A model generated the notes under the pieces. The model saw nothing but the letters and a program-made list of their open reading frames with translations. It was not told the origin of the DNA and made no database searches. DNA of 53,656 bases from Smithella sp. SCADC (GTDB taxonomy: Bacteria; Desulfobacterota; Syntrophia; Syntrophales; Smithellaceae): the NCBI GenBank assembly GCA_000747625.2, contig JQDQ01000168.1:1-53656 (forward strand), in the 5' to 3' direction. Numbering within the stretch: the first letter of the stretch is position 1; each line of letters starts with the position of its first letter. The translations under genes and the position numbers were made by a program. This document shows positions 49,419 through 53,656 of this stretch, one piece after another.

Positions 49419-50588
49419 TTACACGGAAGGTAAAACCTGCTGCGGTTCTCCGAGGATAAACTTACCGCTTTCAATCCACTCTTTTAATATATTGGAAATT
49501 TGCCTTGCTTTGTAATAACTGGACAAAGGCGCGGTGATCACTTTTTTCCCATCGATAGTAATCGTTCCGCTGCGTAAATCTTTATAACTAACCTCTGCCA
49601 GAGGCTTGGGATTGCCTTTAGGATAATCCATACTGTAATCATAAATCTGAGTATAAATATTTTCGTCTTTTACCGCTGTGAAAAGCGCCATATCTTCATC
49701 CAAAATAGGAATGGGAATTCCTATTCCTACAAACAGGGAAACTCCATAGCCTAAAATACTTGCTCCGGCCAGCCATTCCGGAGCCATTTCTTTCAAATTA
49801 CCAACAACGGCGATTGTGCCAGCCCCCTGTTTGGGAACGCCGTTTGTTCCACGGGGCACATTAGGATTATGCTGCGTACCAGGCCAGGCGACAAACCCCT
49901 GCGCTCCACCTAAAAATATCCGGGTGCCAATACCTATTGTCCGGTAATATGGATCGTTGAATAATGGACTTAATTGTCCCGATGTTGCATAAGCCGCATT
50001 GGCCATTTGCGGACGAAGCATACCCATGTATGTATATATTGTTCTATCGGATAAATTAACAGCGCAATTATAATTTTGATAAGCATTGCGCGGATTAAAC
50101 AAAATTGCATTTTGTAAATCATTTATCGTAATGTTTCTTTCATATTTTCTGGCGGGATAACAATCCGTTCCGTAACCTTCGGCGCGAAGTTTGACAACAT
50201 TTCCGGCAACAAGATCTTCTATTACATGACCTCCGCCGTAGTTAAATTCACCGGGATAAACGCTGTTGAGCGGATCATTTTCCACTACTTCTGTCGCACC
50301 AATATAACAATCCACCGCGGCTATTCCGCCATATGCCGGCACATCATTTAACCAGACCCTGGAGGCTCGAATCCGGGGAGAAGTATGACCAAAATTAAGG
50401 AAAGCTCCCGATGAGCACATAGCCCCAAAAGTTCCGGTAGTAACAACATCAATTTTACGGGCGGCTTCAACTGCGCCGTTCCTCTCCACAATATCAATCA
50501 TTTCTTCGGCTGTGACAACAACAGCCCGCCCTTCTTTTATCTTTGCGTTTATTTCTTCAAATGTTTTTTTAACTTTAAATTTTTTCAT
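49419..50588 (-). CDS. Homocysteine biosynthesis protein (aspartate-semialdehyde sulfurtransferase, DUF39/MA1821-like), no CBS domains
   Basis: EIN.KI..G.AVV.TAEE, DVVTTGTFG.MCSSG, YGGGHVI, TDCYP, NPRN.YQNY, NDP. Confidence 0.88.
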   Translation of the reverse strand: MKKFKVKKTFEEINAKIKEGRAVVVTAEEMIDIVERNGAVEAARKIDVVTTGTFGAMCSSGAFLNFGHTSPRIRASRVWLNDVPAYGGIAAVDCYIGATEVVENDPLNSVYPGEFNYGGGHVIEDLVAGNVVKLRAEGYGTDCYPARKYERNITINDLQNAILFNPRNAYQNYNCAVNLSDRTIYTYMGMLRPQMANAAYATSGQLSPLFNDPYYRTIGIGTRIFLGGAQGFVAWPGTQHNPNVPRGTNGVPKQGAGTIAVVGNLKEMAPEWLAGASILGYGVSLFVGIGIPIPILDEDMALFTAVKDENIYTQIYDYSMDYPKGNPKPLAEVSYKDLRSGTITIDGKKVITAPLSSYYKARQISNILKEWIESGKFILGEPQQVLPSV

Positions 50589-50668
50589 ATATGAATTTCG
50601 TCGTTTGAAATAATTTTATGTTTTTCATACCACTGTTTAGCGCCAAATGCAAAAGCTAAGACGCGGTA

Positions 50669-51112
50669 TCAGGTGTGGCCGAATCCGCCATTACCTCTGG
50701 AGGTGTCGTTCAACGCTGAAGTTTCGATCCAATCCACCTGAAAGACTTTCTGCACAACCATTTGCGCCAGACGCATACCTCTTTTAACAACGAATGGTTC
50801 TTTTCCATGATTGATAACAATCAATGCAATTTCTCCTCGATAATCGGCATCAATCGTACCAGGTGAATTAAGCAGTGTTATTCCATTATTCAATGCTAAC
50901 CCGCTGCGCGGTCTTATCTGCGCTTCGTAACCTTCGGGCAAAGCTATGGCAATTCCCGTTGGAATTTTCTTACGTTGGCCGGACAGAATAATCTCTTCTT
51001 CAGACACAGCCGCAAATATGTCCATTCCGGCAGCCTGATCTGTCATATATTGAGGCAAGGGAAGGTCTTCGTTACCCGATATTTTTTGGAGTTTTACTTT
51101 TATTTTTTCCAT
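50669..51112 (-). CDS. dut: dUTP diphosphatase
   Basis: AGMD, RPRSGLA, GTIDADYRGE, R.AQ, RGNGGFGHT. Confidence 0.96.
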   Translation of the reverse strand: MEKIKVKLQKISGNEDLPLPQYMTDQAAGMDIFAAVSEEEIILSGQRKKIPTGIAIALPEGYEAQIRPRSGLALNNGITLLNSPGTIDADYRGEIALIVINHGKEPFVVKRGMRLAQMVVQKVFQVDWIETSALNDTSRGNGGFGHT

Positions 51113-51183
51113 TTTATCCAACCGGAAAATATATTTCCGCCTGTTTTAATCGGTGAAAAAAATCTTTGCATAATTATCAATTT

Positions 51184-51259
51184 GTCATTTCGGCCACAGG
51201 GAGAAATCTTATAAGGTAATAAAATAAAGATTTCCCGTCGCTTTGCTCCTCGAAATGAC
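51184..51259. repeat. Family A palindromic repeat between pnp and dut
   Basis: GTCATTTCGGCCACAGGGAGAAATCT-spacer-AGATTTCCCGTCGCTTTGCTCCTCGAAATGAC. Confidence 0.8.
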
Positions 51260-51286
51260 ACAAAAATCTGTTTCGCAAGGGTTTCG

Positions 51287-51345
51287 AAAAATAAAAAGAG
51301 CCGTTCTGTATCCGTTATTTTACGAAGACAGAACGGTTTGTTTTG
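51287..51345 (-). terminator. Terminator after pnp
   Basis: Minus strand CCGTTCTGT..ACAGAACGG followed by CTCTTTTTATTTTT. Confidence 0.65.
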
Positions 51346-51367
51346 AATAATTACCGCCGGCAAAGAA

Positions 51368-53488
51368 CTATTTCACTTCGGCGTCCAGAGCTTCTTTGCG
51401 GCTGAGACGAATCTTGCCGGATTTGTCAATTTCCAGCACTTTCACCATAACCTCATCGCCTTCCTGCAATACATCAGTCACTTTGGCTATTCTTTCCTTG
51501 GCAATCTGCGAAATATGCAGCAGGCCTTCGGTTCCGGGCAAAATTTCGACAAACGCGCCGAAATCGACGATCTTCTTGACCGTGCCGCGGTAAATCTTGC
51601 CGACTTCCGCTTCTTCCGTCAGCCACTTCACCATCGCCACGGCGCGGGCGGCCGCTTCGGCATCGGCGGAAGCAATCGTTACGGTGCCGTCATCTTCGAC
51701 ATCAATGGTAACTCCTGTTTCGCTGATAATCTGACGGATATTCTTGCCGCCGGAACCGATAACGTTTCTGACCTGATCTTCTTTTACTTTAACTGTTGTA
51801 ATACGGGGAGCGTATTTAGATGTATCCGATCTCGGCGCGGTCATCGTTTCGCGTATTTTACCTATGATATGAATACGACCTTCGCGCGCCTGTGCCAGAG
51901 CCTTGCGTAGAATATCTTCCGTCAACCCGTCAATTTTAATATCCATTTGCATGGCGGTCACGCCTTTTTCCGTACCGCAAACCTTGAAATCCATATCGCC
52001 GGCATGATCTTCATCGCCCAGAATGTCGGACAGAATCACGACTTCATCGCCTTCCTTGAGAAGCCCCATGGCAATTCCCGCGACGATATCCTTCACCGGA
52101 ACTCCGCCGTCCATCAAACATAAAATGCCGCCGCAAACGGTGGCCATGGACGATGATCCGTTGGATGATAAAATCTCTGAAACAATCCTGATGGTATAGG
52201 GGAAGGTTTCAGGATCGGGCAGCACGGGAACCAAAGCCTTGCGGGCCAAAGCGCCGTGACCGATTTCTCTTCTGCCGGGACTGCGCTGACCTTTTGCCTC
52301 GCCCACACTGAAGGGAGGAAAATTGTAGTGCAGTAAAAACGTTCTCGTCTCCTCACCGCCCACATAGTCCATGCGTTGTTCATCAGAGGATGTGCCCAGC
52401 GTGAGAGCGGCCAGGGCCTGCGTTTCACCACGATTGAACAGGGCAGAACCGTGAGCGCGCGGCAGCACGCCGACTTCCGAACTTATCGGACGAATATCGG
52501 TTGAAGACCGGCCGTCGATTCTTTTCTTTTCCTGAAGAATCATATCGCGCAGAATGCGTGATTCGAGATGTTCGATAATCGCAGCTACTTTTTTACTAAG
52601 AGCCGCATCATCACCGCCGATATTTTTTATAACAGCCGCACGGACATCACCCAGTTTACTGTAACGTTCCAGTTTGCGCGGCAGACGGTAGCCTTCTTTC
52701 AAACCAGGCAGAGCTTCAGCGCGCACGCGGGCAACAAGCTCTTCCTCCGGCGCGACTTCCTCCACCGGTCTTTTGACCTTGCCAATAGCCGCCTGCATCT
52801 GATCCTGTAAATCAATGACCGGACGGACAGCTTCCAGTCCGAATTTAATGGCGTCAACAATGATATCTTCCGGAACCTCTTTGGCTTCGCCTTCCATCAT
52901 GACCAGTTCCACATCATAGGGACGGCCCGACTTTCCGGGCGTTACTTTGCGTCCCACCAGGAAAAGGTTCAGTTCGCTTTCCTTCATTTTTTCCGGCGAA
53001 GCGTTGGCAATTAATTCGCCGTTGATCCGGCCGACACGCACACCCGCAATCGGTCCTTTAAAGGGAACATCCGATATTCCCAGAGCGGCGGAAGCGCCGA
53101 TCATTGAAGCGACATCCGGATCGTTTTCTTTATCCACGGACAAAAGAGTGGCCACCAATTGCGTTTCCGAAAAATATCCTTTGGAGAACAAAGGACGAAT
53201 CGCGCGATCAATAACGCGCGACGTCAGAATTTCTCTTTCGTTGGGACGTCCTTCGCGCTTGAAAAATCCTCCGGGAATTTTACCCGCGGCAAAAGTCATT
53301 TCCTGATAATCAACAGTCAAGGGCAGAAAGTCCACCCCTTCCCGTATGCTTTTTAACGAAACCACCGTAACTAAAACGACCGTGTCGCCATAGTAAACCA
53401 GTATCGCCCCATCGGCTTGCGCGGCCACATAATTCGCTTTCAGGGAAATATTCCGCCCGGCAAAATCCGCACTAAATACATTACTCAT
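51368..53488 (-). CDS. pnp: Polyribonucleotide nucleotyltransferase (PNPase)
   Basis: DFLPLTVDY, RREIGHG.LA, SNGSSSMA, EDH.GDMDFKV, KH and S1 domains; ATG 53488 after GGAGG. Confidence 0.98.
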   Translation of the reverse strand: MSNVFSADFAGRNISLKANYVAAQADGAILVYYGDTVVLVTVVSLKSIREGVDFLPLTVDYQEMTFAAGKIPGGFFKREGRPNEREILTSRVIDRAIRPLFSKGYFSETQLVATLLSVDKENDPDVASMIGASAALGISDVPFKGPIAGVRVGRINGELIANASPEKMKESELNLFLVGRKVTPGKSGRPYDVELVMMEGEAKEVPEDIIVDAIKFGLEAVRPVIDLQDQMQAAIGKVKRPVEEVAPEEELVARVRAEALPGLKEGYRLPRKLERYSKLGDVRAAVIKNIGGDDAALSKKVAAIIEHLESRILRDMILQEKKRIDGRSSTDIRPISSEVGVLPRAHGSALFNRGETQALAALTLGTSSDEQRMDYVGGEETRTFLLHYNFPPFSVGEAKGQRSPGRREIGHGALARKALVPVLPDPETFPYTIRIVSEILSSNGSSSMATVCGGILCLMDGGVPVKDIVAGIAMGLLKEGDEVVILSDILGDEDHAGDMDFKVCGTEKGVTAMQMDIKIDGLTEDILRKALAQAREGRIHIIGKIRETMTAPRSDTSKYAPRITTVKVKEDQVRNVIGSGGKNIRQIISETGVTIDVEDDGTVTIASADAEAAARAVAMVKWLTEEAEVGKIYRGTVKKIVDFGAFVEILPGTEGLLHISQIAKERIAKVTDVLQEGDEVMVKVLEIDKSGKIRLSRKEALDAEVK

Positions 53489-53514
53489 TAATTTTCCTCC
53501 ATTTAATTTTAGTT

Positions 53515-53647
53515 CTAGCCATACTTGCAAAAGTTACCGATATGTCATTTCGACCGAAGGGAGAAATCTTATTCAATGATTATAAAGATTTCTCAGTCAC
53601 TTCGTTCCTTCGAAATGACACGGTTAATATTGAAATCAAGCACTAGC
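53515..53647. mobile_element. CTAG-bounded family A element just upstream of pnp
   Basis: 53520-53647 identical to 24280-24407; CTAGCCATA occurs on both sides (53515 and 53643). Confidence 0.85.
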
Positions 53648-53656
53648 CATAAAATA

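Noticed and set aside
53489-53530. N-terminal extension of PNPase in the ORF track (likewise the longer starts for waaA, the NMO gene, porA, porB and the 30161 ORF)
   Set aside because: Upstream starts fall in repeats, promoters or neighbouring genes; SD position or family N-termini support the shorter starts
6404-53647. CRISPR array or tRNA interpretation of the repeats
   Set aside because: Repeats are dispersed rather than regularly spaced, there are no cas genes, and no cloverleaf with T-loop and acceptor stem was found

Overview
Core chromosome of an anaerobic Desulfobacterota bacterium; the gene content suggests a Syntrophales/Smithella-like syntroph, which is an inference. In order: a Tat-exported, membrane-bound formate dehydrogenase operon (fdnGHI, with Cys at the usual Sec site and a frameshifted fdnI at the window edge), Mop molbindin, Cys-type HesB-like and MvhD genes, a RAYT/IS200-like transposase remnant with stacked MITEs, Fic, hflX (probable ATC start), and a four-subunit 2-oxoacid:ferredoxin oxidoreductase. 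Next come a glycogen cluster (1431-aa two-domain debranching enzyme, CBM48 protein, glgP, glgA, glgB), archaeal-type aroA'/aroB', a dehydratase, waaA, rpe, two lipoproteins and fatty-acid oxidation genes. The window ends with a long minus-strand run: pnp-dut-homocysteine synthase-HTH-ftsB-pilMNOPQ-pilF-TPR-peptidase-gcvH-lipM-hisC-rpsU-LOG-holA. Intergenic DNA holds many palindromic repeats from at least three families, including two identical 128-bp copies. The best candidate for a new system is a cluster of Cys versions of three common selenoprotein families. The fdnG leader in that cluster has a strong SD and a possible uORF with two in-frame UGAs, each followed by a SECIS-like hairpin, suggesting an untested selenium-sensing attenuator. 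No rRNA, tRNA or CRISPR array was seen. All product calls come from motif recognition by eye, not database searches.
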